Assembly (NCBI RefSeq): GCF_018350175.1
Contig: NC_058368.1
Location: 107,014,001-107,078,000 of the forward strand
Origin: Felis catus
Lineage: Eukaryota
DNA length: 64,000 bases
Direction: 5' to 3'
Position numbers and translations under genes: made by a program
Shown: positions 39,875 through 53,781 of the stretch, piece by piece
Numbering within the stretch: position 1 is the stretch's first letter
Layout of the letters: every line of letters starts with the position of its first letter
Notes under the pieces: model-generated
Seen by the model: the letters and a program-made list of their open reading frames with translations, nothing else
Databases searched by the model: none
What the model was told of the DNA's origin: nothing

Positions 39875-41574
39875 GTATTAAGTCCTTTTTACAACCACAT
39901 TGCTACAGAGTAGTTTCTTATGAGACTGATCTGGGATCAGGGCTGGGAACAACTTATTTGTTGATTCAGAAGGCAATTTTTGGTATAAAAAATAATAATA
40001 ACTTGAGGGCTAAAAAAAATAAAGGATTTCAAAACTTTCACAGAGTACTAATTAAAAGATTATCAATATTCATACTGCTTTTAAGTATTAATTCAGTAAT
40101 ACATATGTCTTGATGTAAAATTTTGGGCAAAAGTGATCAACTTGATAAAATTCTTCAGTGGCTAAAAATAAATAACACTTCTAAATCAGACTCACATTTG
40201 GAGAACATTAATTTGCCTCTGACTTTTGGTCTTACATACCCTGCAAAATAAAGGTCAAGCACTTTTGCAGGGCGTATCAGTCAGAATTCTTCATTGAAAG
40301 CACCTTAATGGATTCCTACCTCTGGTGGGAATTTATCAAAGAGGATCTTGGGCAGTTCAAGGAACTCTGCCAGAACCTGAGAAACAGGTTAAGGTTAGGC
40401 TCCCCGAGGCAGGTCCCAGAATTATGCTCCTGTCCCTGTCTCGTAAGATACCAGGTGTCACATGTGATGTAGCAGCCACCACTCTTGCAGGGAAGCAGTC
40501 TACACCGTTCACCTCACTAGCTTCCTGGGTGGGGAAATCCTAGATTAGATTTCCATACCCCAGCTCTAAGGAAGGCTGTGAACGTGACTGAATTCCAATT
40601 TTTGCTTCTTGGACAGATGTAAGATGGGGGGATTCCTCAAACATAACAATGGGATATAGATGATGAGAGTCCAGAAGAAAACTAAAGTGTGTATGCATGC
40701 AAGGTGTTCAACTACTAGCTTCATGGCTTATTCTGTTCCACTCTCATGTTGCCCCATATACTCTGCATTCTGGCCGTAGAGTCCTCATCATCCCTTCAGC
40801 ATCCCTTATACCTTTCTGATAGTGTGGTTCGGCTCATATTGCTCCCTGAGCTTGAAATTCTCTCATTTATGTGTACTGTCCTTCAAAGGCTGCCTCAGTA
40901 GCCAGGTGTTCCACAAACTCTTCCTTTTTTTTTACCCCCCTGGGAAGAAATATCTTCTCTCATTTGGAGTTCTCTCTCTTGTTCTCTTACTGTCTTTTGG
41001 AGTTCTGTCTCATCCCTATTTAATGAAAGCCTGTGCCAACTTCATTCATATTTATGGAGCTTTATGTCATACTGATCATTTGGCTGTATTCATTGGTCCA
41101 TCCTCTTGTCAAAGGAAATTTTTTAAATATGACTCATTAAGACTCTAATTTTGCAATATTTGAATGGGAATTTACATTTTCCCTTATTTCCTCCAAACAC
41201 TATTTTGCTTTTAGCTTTAGGTATTATTTTTATGCATAGTGTGAAAAATAAAACAATCCTGGAAGTTACATATTTTGAATTTTTCTCCTCAAATGTGTAA
41301 TGTTAAGACAAGTTTGCTTTGGCTGAGAAAACAAGCCTGTCTACCTGCTTGTCTCAGTGTAGGTTCAATTATATTGGTAGGTTATCATAAAAAAATAATT
41401 TTTCAGATTAGAAATAAAAGACAAAATACAAACCTATTTTATTACCACGTGAATGCTTGGAATATGGAAAGTCTTATTCTGAATGAGGCTTTGAATTTGT
41501 ATCATGTAGTGAACTTTATATCAGTGAGTATGGATTTACTAATATTCTTCACTGGTATTGAAAATGATGGGCTC

Positions 41575-41797
41575 GGGGCGCCTGGGTGGCGCAGTCGGTT
41601 GGGCGTCCGGCTTCAGCCAAGTCACGATCTCGCGGTCCGTGAGGTCGAGCCCCGCGTCAGGCTCTGGGCTGATGGCTCAGAGCCTGGAGCCTGTTTCCGA
41701 TTCTGTGTCTCCCTCTCTCTCTGCCCCTCCCCCATTCATGCTCTGTCTCTCTCTGTCCCAAAAATAAATAAACGTTGAAAAAAAAAAAAAAAAGAAA
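41575..41797 (+). mobile_element. Young felid SINE (SINEC_Fc type)
   Basis: Perfect TSD gaaaatgatgggctc; CpGs intact. Confidence 0.93.
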
Positions 41798-43309
41798 GAA
41801 AATGATGGGCTCAAAGTAAAGGTGCTTCTCACTTTTTCACGCAGAGCCTGTAATATCAATTAACATGGGAAATCCTTTTACAAGTACTGCCTCCAGATGA
41901 CAACTTAAAGCCTGAGAATATTAAGATGTAAAGATTATACATGGTTAAATTCTAATTATTCTATTTCATGTGATAGTGGCAGATATTATTCCCATTCACT
42001 GGGGACCATTTTCTGTTATCTGAGTTATAGAACTATTAAAGAAAGTATGATCTTGATACATTATCTTAGGTTCTAAATAGTTTATGCTAATCAAATTATA
42101 ATGCCTTTGAAGGAATTCTTTAAAGGCTTGACACTAAATAGAAATGTTCTTAATTCCCTTTTTCAGTATGGGCTACCTTAGGAATGCACAAGGAATATGA
42201 GATTAAACCTATTTTTTAGGTCTAAAGGACTGTGGGGGTGTTTCCTTGTTTGTTTGTTTTTAAAAAGCAAACAAAACCTTTGATTATTGCAGATGTGAGA
42301 TGAATTTCTGAGCATTGAATTATGAATAAATTGATGTGATGAATCTTCTTTTGTCTATTGCTAGTTGAACTCATTGTTAGCTTTTGTCGTGATGACTTGT
42401 GTGTGAATCAGGGATTAAAGTTTTCCAGAAGAGATGGTTGGCAAAAATATGTCATCAGACTTTTGTAAAAATTTTATTTTCAGGAAGATAAGCTTGAGGC
42501 ATTATGTTAACCTTTTACAAATTACACTGAGAACAGATCCACACATTGGTAATTTTAGATAGAGTCTTAAAGATGTGAACATATGCTTTTGGGGGGGAAA
42601 TTACATAAATTTGACCTTGTCTCTCTTTTATAAACTGTTCTTTAAAATTTCACCGTTACAAAAAAATGAATTGCGTATCCTTATGTGTGTGTATATAATA
42701 CATATATGTATATAGTATATACAGATTACAGATTTATATGATAGAAAATTTGCGTAGTTGATATATACATTATATAATAATATATTCATTTACCTAAATA
42801 ATAATTATACATACATATGTGTCTCTGTGTATGTCTATAATTATGTATACACACACACAGCTTTATAGTAGGCAGATTTATGAAGTCCTTCGTTATGACT
42901 TTTATATGACTTTTCTTGGCATAAATGAAACTTACCCAAATTTTTGAATACATCACTTTTGATACAACAGATTTATGACTTCAATTCTCGTGATATGAAT
43001 ACTAAGCTCATAAAAACCATCTCACATGTGAAGATTACCACAGGGTAACACTCAATGAAACTGTAAGAATACTGCTCATTTGTTTTGTTTAAATAAGTCT
43101 ATCATTCTCTTATAAATGTTAATCTCTAAAATTTCTATTAAATATTTGCAAAACTACATTTGTCAACCTTTTATAATTTTCGTAAAATTAATCTATGTTG
43201 TATTCTTGAATATACATTTTATTCATGTATAATTATGAAATAAAATAATTATTACTTAAAAATTTCATTTCCAAAGGACATGGTCCCAATAAGCTGGAGT
43301 AAAAGAAGG

Positions 43310-43500
43310 TATAGTCACGTTTATTGGATCACACACTATGTATAACACGATCTGTATTATCTCGTTTAGCTTTGACGGTAACCCTGCTGGTATGTATTCT
43401 TATCTCCATTTTACAGATGATGAAAACTGATGCTAAAGAGAAGGTTTAATCATCTTCCTAAAGTCTGTCTGATTGCAAAGCCTGTGCTCTTTGCACTCTG
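43310..43500 (-). mobile_element. MIR
   Basis: tatctccattttacagatgatgaaaactga core. Confidence 0.6.
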
Positions 43501-43743
43501 CCTCATCAGATCAGGGAGAGAGTGCACACTTTGGTTTGGATTTCTAAAAGTATCTTTTATTTGATAATAGATTTGAGAGGTAGAGCTTATGTTTAACATT
43601 TTCTTTATTTCAAGCATGTTGCAAATTGAGTCAATAATAGTTTACAAGATAAGCTTCATTTGATCCTTAGATTTATCCTGCCTCTAATGGAAACTCTCCA
43701 TTGGAGTGTTTTCTTGAACCTCCAGGAATCAGCAGTTGCATTC

Positions 43744-43832
43744 TTTTTTTTTTTTTTTTTACATTTTTTGAAATTTTTATTTATTTTGAAGTTTTAAGTA
43801 TTTTATTTATTTGAAGTTTTAAGTATTTATTT

Positions 43833-43867
<35 letters not shown>

Positions 43868-44027
43868 GAATGGGATAAGAGCAGAGAGAGAGGGAGAGAG
43901 AGAATTCCAGGCAGGCTCCCTGCTGTCAGCGCAGAGCCCTACATGGAACTCGAGCTCATGAACCATGAGACCACCACCCAGAGATCAAGAGTTGGATGCT
44001 TCACCAACTCAGCCACCCAGGCACCCC
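43744..44027 (-). mobile_element. CanSINE with duplicated tail segment
   Basis: TSD cagttgcatt; tttgaagttttaagtattt occurs twice in the tail. Confidence 0.87.
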
Positions 44028-45763
44028 AACAGTTGCATTTCTCTGGGTCTGAAAGTTCTCGACAGAAGTTATTCTGTGTTTTATTTTGATAATAAATTAA
44101 AAGTAATATAATGACACATGAACAGATTCTGAATCATTGGACAATGTCATAATTGAGTCTTGCCATGCAGAATCAGTATATTTGTAATCATGTTTACTCT
44201 CTCATTGGAGCTAAATCGGACGCTTTTCATTATGAGTAAAGGGTAGCAGAGGAGAGTCAGACTTAATATGGACATAATACAGTAGCACCAAAATGAAGAT
44301 TAAAATATCATCAGGGCACTCTATGAAAAGGGTTTTTCAGTAGTGCAAACAGAGAAAACTGTTGGAGGAATTGCTTCATGAAATGGTGATTATATACACA
44401 TGCTGAACTCAAAAGAACTTGTGCCATTGTAGGCAGGCGGTACCATAAACAATTTGCAAAAGAACCATTGTCACTTAAAATATTGCCAAACGAATGTTAA
44501 TTCAAATTTTAAATGTTTGCATGTTTGTGTCGGTGTAGTTTAATTTGTGAAGTAATTATGTATAAATAAAACTATATTGTTATGCAGGATTTAAGTCCAC
44601 AGCTTTTATATTTAGTAATATGTTTATATATATTTAGGTAATACTGTAATAACTTAAATCAACAATCATGATCCTTCAGGTTTTTTTTTTCTTTTAAAAG
44701 TGTTTTGTCAATAAAATTTCATAAAGGTAGGTTAGGATATTTCACATGTGTGGAGGACAGGGACCAGGTCTAATTCAGAGCTCTAGACCATAGGTGTTTT
44801 CAATAAATTTGTGGAGAATTAAATTGTATCATACGTTACATTTGTGGCTATTAAGGTCATGCACATAGAACACTATAATAATGAGCATATAAATTTTGGA
44901 GTTTCACTATTAAGCATGGCTGTGGAATTTGGAAGGCATTGACTGGCAATCTTGTGAGATTAGATGACGTCTTGGCAAGTTGTACCATGCTGCACAGAGC
45001 TAAGGAGCACATATGTACGAGAGTTGTAGTGAGGTTGTCTTCCACTATTCAGTGCTACTCTCTTTTCTAATGATAGCTCTTCAAGGATTCTTATCAAACT
45101 TCAAGTGTCCAATTGGAAAGTGATAGTCACAGAACTATGGTTTTCCTTTGGGCTTGTACACGGAGTCTATAATATCCCTCTCCTATGGTGCTTGGAAAAG
45201 GGCCAGGTGAAATTCATCTGAAAAAGAGTCAGCACCTGTACCTGGAGGTCTCCTTTCTTGGACTGAGATAACTGACCCATCTGAATATCCGTGACAGTTT
45301 GCTGGTAGAATTGGGGAGGAGGTGGAACACTAGTTGTTCTGGACTGGTGGTTTAAGATAAGCTTGATTTTAACTTGCTTAAACAGAATTACAAGCCATGC
45401 ATAGAGATGGCCTTATAAATTGCCAGTGGTCAGGGGCCTTCAGGTCATTCACTTGGGACAATGAAACAGATTGAGTATTTTCAGCTGTTGACTAGAGCAT
45501 ATATTTGTAACTAGTACATTAATTCTTTTAGATCAATGCACTTTTGAAAAGGTTACTAGAAAAGAAATTTGTCCTGTGTATAGATAAAAATATCAAGCTC
45601 TCCAGTTCTTCTTCTTTTCTTAATTACAAAAGCAACGTGTTCTTAAAAAGTAACAGCACACATAGGTGAGGGGAAGAAAGTGAGTCTCCTTTCTCTGTAC
45701 CCTTCATAATGTGTGTCCACGTTTTAAACAAATCTCGCTTCTTGTTAAAAAATGAATGGCACA

Positions 45764-45838
45764 TTAAGGAATGTACTCCTGAAATCATTGTTGCACTATA
45801 TGCTAACTAAGTTGGATGTAAATTGAAAATAAATAAAT
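45764..45838 (+). mobile_element. Very short 5'-truncated L1 3' end
   Basis: tactcctgaaatcattgttgcactatatgctaactaa...aaataaataaa; TSD aaa(a/g)atgaatggc(a/g)ca. Confidence 0.75.
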
Positions 45839-46499
45839 AAAGATGAATGGCGCAGCAAGGATTAATTTATAATTTTCTTTGCAAATGCTAATGTCACATG
45901 ATAATTTTAGTGTGCTAATATTCTTAGGAAATCTATTAGTTTCTTTTTTATTTCTTTAAATTTGTCTGCCCAAATTAACTGGATTGGAAATGAAAATAAA
46001 TTGAGCCTACAGGTTGGATTTGTTGTGCTTCAGTAAAAACAGATGTCTATTTTAATACCTGATTATTCCAATATCCAAAGTCCATGAATCATCCTGAAGT
46101 TTTCTGTGAGCTACTGCCCTGGGTTTTGTAGGGGAGGATAGGCATCTAGGGACTCTGTGGGACAGGAGGAATGTGGAACATGGCACATGAGCCTGCTTGG
46201 AGAAAGCAAAAACCCAAAAATCGCTAGTCTGTTCTTTCTACATTGGCCTGGGCACCCCAAGAAATGCCACAGGCTAAATATGGTACAGTTAACCAAAGTA
46301 TTAGCTTTGCTTGTAGTTTTGAGGGCAAACAGTTACAATGAAATAAATAAGGCTATGTAAGGAATAAAATTAAGTGCCTAATTCATAGGAATTTTCAAGT
46401 TTTAACAGAAAGAAATTCTTTTTAAGCATGGAGCTTATTCCATTAATACCTGAGTGTACGTAGCTCACCTCCTTCCTCATGAGAGTACTTCTGTTTGAT

Positions 46500-46677
46500 A
46501 GGCACCTGGGTAGTTCAGTCAGTTAAGCGTCAGGTTCTTGAGTTCAAGCCCCACATTGGCTTGCTGCTGTCAGCACAGAGCCCACTTTGGATTCTCTGTC
46601 CCCCTCTCTCTCTGCCTCTCCCTCCCTCTGTCTGCCTCTCTCTCTCTCTCACTCGAAAATAAACACTAAAAAAAAAA
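46500..46677 (+). mobile_element. CanSINE with internal deletion
   Basis: TSD agagtacttctgtttg. Confidence 0.87.
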
Positions 46678-47144
46678 GAGTACTTCTGTTTGGGAAAATT
46701 TGAGAAACTCTCCGGTATGTTAAGGAAATGAGGAAAGAACAGAGAAGACACTCATGGACTTTTTATTTTGGACAGTATGGGAGAAAAGACAGGGAGAAAG
46801 AGAACTGAAGATTTCTCCTTTTTAAATTTCCTACAGTATTTAGCACAACACCTTGCAGGTGATAGGACATGTAAAATGCTTATGGATTGTTTGATTCAGT
46901 TTCTCTTCTTATTAAAGAGAATCATGCTGGAATAGGGTACTAGCTCCCAAATTTTGCCAGTAAGTTTTCTTTAAAACTCAACTATTACTTTTTTTTTTAA
47001 TCCTGTAAATGTAAGAAGCTCTGACTCATGAAGAGAAAAAAAGAACAAGAATTTGAGAGAAATGAAACTTGAGCCACAAAACTTGTTTTTATGTATTTTT
47101 TATTCAGGCAAAATTGTATATAACATTTTATTAGTTTCTGGTAT

Positions 47145-47333
47145 GCTCTTGAACAACATAGGTTTGAATTGTGCAGGTCTGCCTATATGTGGTCTTTCTA
47201 AGAATACAGTATATAATACATGTAACATACCCATGAATACATGTTAATTGATTTTTTATATTATTGTTAAGGCTTCAGGTCAACATTAGGCTCCTGGTAG
47301 TTAGGTTTTGGGAAGTCAGAACTTATATGTGAT
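47145..47333 (+). mobile_element. Tigger2-like DNA transposon fragment within the L1 3' region
   Basis: ctcttgaacaacataggtttgaattgtgcaggtc...ggtcaacattaggct...agttaggttttgggaagtcagaacttata resembles the Tigger2a consensus (recall). Confidence 0.65.
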
Positions 47334-47699
47334 ATTCCATTGTGTTTATATACCACATCTTCTTTATTCATTCATCTAAGGATGGACACTTGGGTTGCTT
47401 CCATATCTTGGCTATTGTAAATAATAATGCGGTAAACATAGGGATGCATATATCTTTTGGAATTAGTGTTTTCATTTTGTTTGGGTAAGTAAATACACTG
47501 TAGTGGACTGAACAGATCATATGGTAATTCTTTTTTTAATTTTTTGAGGAACCTCCATACTGGTTTCTATAGTGGCTGCACCAGTTTGAATTTCTACCAA
47601 CGGTGCATGAGTGTTCCTTTTTCTCCATATTCTCACCAATGTTTGTTATTTCTTCTAATAGGTGTGAGATGGTATCTCATTGTGACTTTGATTTGTAGT

Positions 47700-47921
47700 T
47701 TCTTTTTTCTTTTAATGTTTATTTTATTATTTTTGAGACAGAGAGAGACAGAGCATGAACGGGGGAGGGGCAGAGAGAGAGGGAGACACAGAATCGGAAG
47801 CAGGCTCCAGGCTCTGAGCCATCAGCCCAGAGCCCGACGCGGGGCTCAAACTCAAGGACCGCGAGATGGTGACCTGAGCCGAAGTCGGACGCTTAACCGA
47901 CTGAGCCACCCAGGTGCCCCC
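47700..47921 (-). mobile_element. Felid SINE nested in L1
   Basis: TSD gatttgtagtttctt. Confidence 0.92.
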
Positions 47922-49376
47922 GATTTGTAGTTTCTTGATAATGAGCCATGTTGAACATCTTTTCATGTGTTTGTTGTTATAGTTATGTCTTCTTTGGGAA
48001 ATGTTTAAATCCTTTGCTCATCTTCTAAAAATTAAACTGTTTTTATTGTTGATATTTTAGATATTAATCCTTATTGAGTATATGATTTGCAAATATTTTC
48101 TCCCTTGATTAGGTTGCCTTTTCATTTTTTTGATGATTTTCCTTCCAATGCAGAAGATTTTTAGTTTGATGGAGCCCCACTTGTTTATTTTACTTTTGTT
48201 GTATTTACTTTTAGAGTCAGTTCTAAAAATTGAATGTCAATACCTATGTCAAGAGGCTTACTGCCTGTGTTTTCTTCTAGGAGTTTGATGGTTTCAGGTT
48301 TTACATGCAAGTCTTTACCCATTTTGAGTTAAATTTTGTGTATGGTGTAAGATAGGGGTCTTAGATTCATCCTTCTGCATGTGGCTGTCCAGTGTCCCCA
48401 TTGCCATTTATTGAAGAGTCTTTCCTTTCTCAATTTTACATTCTTGGCTCCTTTGTTGTAAATTAATTGACCATGTATATGGGGGGCATTTTGTGTACTC
48501 TCTTTTTTGTCCCATTGATCTATGGGTCTGTTCTTATTTCAATACCTTAATGTTTTGATTACTGTATTCTTGTATAGTTTGAAATCAGGAAGTATGATGC
48601 CTCCAACTTTGTCCTTTATCAAGATTGCTTCATCTATTCAGAATCTCTTGTGGTTTTATACAAAGTTTAGAATTATTTTTTTTTTGTGTTCCATGAAAAA
48701 ATGTCATTGACATTTTGATAAGAATAGCATAAACTCTGTAGACACCTTTGGGGATTATGGACATTTAAAAATATTAATTCTTCCAATTCATGAGCATGGA
48801 ATATTCCATTTATTTGTGTCTCCTTCAGTTTCTTTCATCATTGTCATAGAGTTTTCACCATATGGGTCTTTCTTCTACTTAATTAAATTAAATTTATTCT
48901 TAGATATTTTATACTTTTTGATGCAATAGTAAATTTTCTTACCTTATCTTGCTGATAGTTTGTTATTAGTGTGTGGAAATGCACCAGTTTCCTATGTATT
49001 GATTTTGTATCCTGAAACTTTACTAAATTAACTTATTAGTTCTAATAGTATTTTGGTGGAGTCTTCAGGGTTTCCATATATAATATCATGTCATCTGCAC
49101 AGAACATTTTTTTTTTCTCCCTTGCAGTTTTTTTCTCCCAAAAGCAGTTTGGATGCTTTTTATTTTATTTTTGTTCTTGCCTAACTGCTGTAGTTAGGAC
49201 GTTCGGTGCTATGTTGAATAGAAGTGTCGAGAATGGATATCCTTGTCTTGTTTCTGATCTTAGAGGAAAAACTTTCACTTTTTCTCCATTGAGTATCGTG
49301 TTGACTCTGGGTTTGTCATATATGGCCTTTATTATGTTCACATATGCTCCCTCTATAGCCACTTTGCTGAGAGTTG

Positions 49377-49601
49377 TTTTTTTTTTTTAATTTTTTTTTC
49401 AACGTTTATTTATTTTTGGGACAGAGAGAGACAGAGCATGAACGGGGGAGGGGCAGAGAGAGAGAGAGACACAGAATCGGAAACAGGCTCCAGGCTCTGA
49501 GCCATCAGCCCAGAGCCTGACACGGGGCTCGAACTCACGGACCGCGAGATCATGACCTGGCTGAAGTCGGACGCTTAACCGACTGCGCCACCCAGGCGCC
49601 T
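49377..49601 (-). mobile_element. Young felid SINE nested in L1
   Basis: TSD tgctgagagtt. Confidence 0.92.
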
Positions 49602-50401
49602 CTGCTGAGAGTTTTTATAATTGATGCTGAATTTTGTTAAATGCTTTTTCTGATTCTATTGAGATGATCATATGATTTTTTTCCTTTATTTTTTTAAAGT
49701 GGTAAATGAATAATACTGATTTTTGGTCATTAAACCATCTTTCCATCCCTGAATAAATCTCACTTGATCATGGTGAATGAATTTTTAAATGTATTGTTGA
49801 ATTTAGTTTGCTAACATTTTAAAAATTGAGGATTTTTGCATCTAGGTTAATAAGTGACATTGGCCTATAATATTCTTGGTTTGTGGTGTCCTTCTGTGAT
49901 TTGGTACAGGGTAATGCCAGCCTCATAAAATGACTTTGGAAACTTTCGTTTGTCTTCAATTTTTGGGAAGAATTTGAGAAGAAAAGGTATTAAATACTCT
50001 TTGAATGTTTGTTACAATTCATCCCTGAAGCCATCTGGTCCTGGACATTTGTTTGTTGGAAGTTTCTTTCTTGTAGATTCAATCTCTACTGGTAATTGGT
50101 CTATTCAAATTTTCTTTTTTATCATGATCCAGTATTGATAGATGGTATGTATCTAGGGATTTATTCAGTTTTTCTTTGTTGTCCAACATGTGGGCTTATA
50201 ATTTGTAATAGTAGTTGCTTATGATCCTTAATATTTCTGTGTATTAGTTGTGAATTCTTTTTTTCTTGGTGCCATCAGTTTTATCTTTCAAACAACCAGC
50301 TCTTAGTGTCTTTAATATTTTCTCTTGTCTTTTTTTGTCTCTGTTTTTGCTCTAATCCTTGTTATTTCCTTGCTTCTACTAACTTTGAGCTTCCTGTCTT
50401 C

Positions 50402-51327
50402 TTTTTTTTTCTTTTTTAAAAATATAATTTATTGTCAAATTGTTTTCCATACTACACCCAGTGCTCATCCCAACAAGTGCCCTCCTCAATGCGCATCACC
50501 CACTTTTCCCTTTTCTCCACCCCCATTAACCCTCAGTTTGTTCTCAGTATCCAAGGGTCTCTTATGGTTTGTCTCCCTCGTCCCAACCCCCCCCCCATAA
50601 CTTTTTTTTCCCTTTCTCCTCTCCCATGGTCTTCTGTTAAGTTTCTCAAGATCCATATATGAGTGAAAACATACGGTATCTGTCTTTCTCTGACTTATTT
50701 CACTTAGCATAATACCCTCCACTTCCATCCATGTTGCTGCAAATGGTTAGATTTCACTCTTTCTCATTGCCAAATAGTATTCCATTGTATATATAAACCA
50801 TGTCTTCATTTCAGGTAAAAGGCTAGTATCCAAAACCTGTAAAGAACTCACCAAACTCCATACCCGAAAAACAAATAATCCAGTGAAGAAATGGGAAGAA
50901 GACATGAATAGACACTTTTCCAGAGAAGACATCCAGATGGCCAACAGACACATGAAAAGATGCTCAGCATCACCCCTCATCAGGGAAATACAAATCAAAA
51001 CCACACTGAGATACTACCTCATTCCAGTCAGAGTGGCTAAAATGAACAAATCAGGAGACTATAGATGCTGGCGAGGATGTAGAGAAACGGGAACCCTCTT
51101 GCCCTGTTGGTGGGAATGCAAACTGGTGCAGCCACTCTGGAAAACAGTGTGGAGGTTCCTCAAAAAGTTAAAAATAGATCTACCCTATGACACAGCAATA
51201 GCACTGCTAGGAATTTACCCAAGGGATACAGGAGTGCTGATGCATAGGGGCACTTGTACCCCAATGTTGATAGCAGCACTTTCAACAATAGCCAAATTAT
51301 GGAAAGAGCCTAAATGTCCATCAACTG
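50402..51327. mobile_element. Younger 5'-truncated L1 with inversion (minus-strand 3'UTR 50402-50807; inverted plus-strand ORF2 C-terminus 50808-51327)
   Basis: ORF 50883-51353 [27 protein letters not shown]...[13 protein letters not shown]...CTPMLIAALSTIAKLWKEPKCPST is the L1 ORF2 C-terminal domain; adjacent opposite-strand 3'UTR with poly-T. Confidence 0.9.
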
Positions 51328-52039
51328 TCCTCTTTTTTTTATTGTCTGTTTGATGTTTTTATTTCTGTTGGTAGACCTGTATCACTAGGAACTTCCTTGA
51401 TAGAACTACTTTTGCAGTTTTGGATTGTGATATTTCCATTTTCATTTGTCTTGACCTATTTTATTTTTTTATTTTTCCTTTTTGATTTCTTCATTGATCC
51501 ATTCATGTTCAGTAGCATGTTATCTAATCTCCACCTATTTGTGGTTTTTCCATTTTTCTTCTTGTAATTAATTTCTCGTTTCATACAATTGTGGTCAGAG
51601 AAGAAGCTTAATAAGATATCATTTTTCTTAAATTTACTGAGACTTATTTTGTATCTAACATGTGATGTATCCTGGGGATTAGTGTATGTGCACCTTAGAA
51701 TAAGGTGTATTCTGTTGCTTTTAGATGGGATATTCTATACATATCTATTAAGTCCATCTGGTCTAATGTATTGTTTAAGGTTGATGTTTCCTTATTTATT
51801 TTTTGTGGATACTTTATCCATTGATGTGAGTAGATTATTGAAGTTCCTTACTATCACTGTATTGCTTTAAATCTCTCTCTTTGGTCTATTAATATTTGCT
51901 TTGTATATTTAGGTACTCCTTGGGTCCATAAATATTTACAACTGTTGTGTCCTCTTCTTGGGTTAACCCCCTTTATCATTATGAAATGCCCTGTTGGTCT
52001 TTTGTTACAATTTTATTTTAAACTATTTTGTAATCGATA

Positions 52040-52092
52040 TTTTTTTTTAAGTTTGTTTTTGAGAGAGACAAGGATAGCGTGAGCAGTGGAGT

Positions 52093-52128
<36 letters not shown>

Positions 52129-52245
52129 CCCAAGCAGCTCTGCACTGTCAGCACAGAGCCTGCTGTGGGGCTTGAACTCATGAGACCGTGAGACCATAAC
52201 CTGAGCCTAAATCAAGAGTAGGATGCTTAACTGACTGAGGCCCCC
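52040..52245 (-). mobile_element. CanSINE nested in L1
   Basis: Consensus-like. Confidence 0.85.
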
Positions 52246-53574
52246 ACAACTACTCTTTTACAGTCTATTTTTTTGTGACTACTCTGGCTTTCTTTTTGTT
52301 TCCATTTGCATGAAACATCTTTTCCATATATTCAATTTCCATCTGTGTGGGAGACACTTCCCTGTTGATTCCAGGTTGCTGATCTGCTTCATCTAGTCTG
52401 CTTTCGAACCCTTTTAGTGTATTTTTCAATTCAATGATTGTTATTCTTCATCTCTGTGACTTCACTTTGGTACTTTGTTTTATGTCTTTGATGAGGTTCT
52501 TACTGTATTCATTCTTCTGAATTTGGTGAGCATCTTTACGGTCATTAGTTTGAACTCTTTATCAGGTAGATATTTTATTTTTATTTCATTAAGGTCTTTT
52601 TCTGAAGTCTTGTCCTTTTGTTTGGAACGTATTTCTCTGTTTCCTCGTTTTGCTCGACTCTGTGTTTGTGTCTGTGTGTTAGGTGAAATAGTTACCCCTC
52701 TCAGGCTTGATGGTGAGGCCTCTTGTTTAAGAGATGCCATCTTCTCCTTCACCATTGCTTTAGCCCTTCTTCATCTCTCAAACCTCTGTGATTGTTGAAG
52801 TAGCTGACTGTGTTCTTGATAGGTCCCAGTTCTTTAGGGTGTGACGAGGCCTGCCACTTTCCCAAAGGGAAAATTTCTAGTTTCAGTCTAATTGGAAGCC
52901 AGATCCTCAGGCAACACCATTTAAAACATACCAGTGTACATGATCCTGAGAGACTGCAGTCATAAACCCTGCTGACCTCCAGATCAGGAGATCTAGATGT
53001 GTCCCTTAGGTGTATCTTGCAACGCTTCAGATGAGTGTATGAGCTCCTTTTTCGGCGGTACCAAGGAAGTGTGGTGAGGCCAAGAGGGGCTCAAAGATGG
53101 TATCTCCCTGCCTACATTTCTTGGGAGCTTCTCTGTAGCCACTAGGTGTGTGGTATACCTGAAGCCTATCTCTCAGGTTGAAGCTCCAGGATGAGTAGAT
53201 GGGCCTTTCATACAGGCAGGTTGTGGGGGTGTGTTTCAGTCTGCTGTCTGCGCAGTGCACTGGGTTTGGTAGTTTGGCTAGAACTCTGTTTTTGATAGTT
53301 TGAGTCCCTCAAGAGGATTATCTGAGGTCCCCACAATCTTCCTTCCCTCCATCCCCTAGACATAAGCCCTGTTGGTCTCCATAGGTAGATATTTTCAGGG
53401 GCTCATCTGCCCAGTGTAGGTTCCCAGAGTTGGGGTGCCTCCTATATCACACGAATCTCTCATCCCTAAGGCAGAGGCTCCAGACATGGGAGTTACCTCC
53501 CTGTTGTAAGTTGCCGTGCAGGGGTGGGGTTTTTGGTGAAACTATATCTCTGTGATCTCCTTGCTGCACTTAAA

Positions 53575-53781
53575 ACAAATTTTTTTTTAATGTTTATTTT
53601 TGAGACAAAGAGACAGCGCATGATGGGGGAGGGGCAGAGAAAGGCAGACACAGAATCCGAAACAGGCTCCAGGCTCTGAGCTGTCAGCACAGAGCCCAGT
53701 GTGGGGTTCGAACTCATGAACTGTGAGATCATGACCTGAGCCGAACTCAGCCCCTCAACTGACTGAGCCACCCAGGTGCCC
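53575..53781 (-). mobile_element. CanSINE nested in L1 5'UTR
   Basis: TSD ccttg(c/t)tgcactt. Confidence 0.88.

Noticed and set aside
41275..41778. 167-aa ORF and the many MAQSV.../SSPASGS... ORFs
   Set aside because: Translations of CanSINE sequence plus random flank
50883..51353. 156-aa ORF as a host gene
   Set aside because: L1 ORF2 C-terminal fragment
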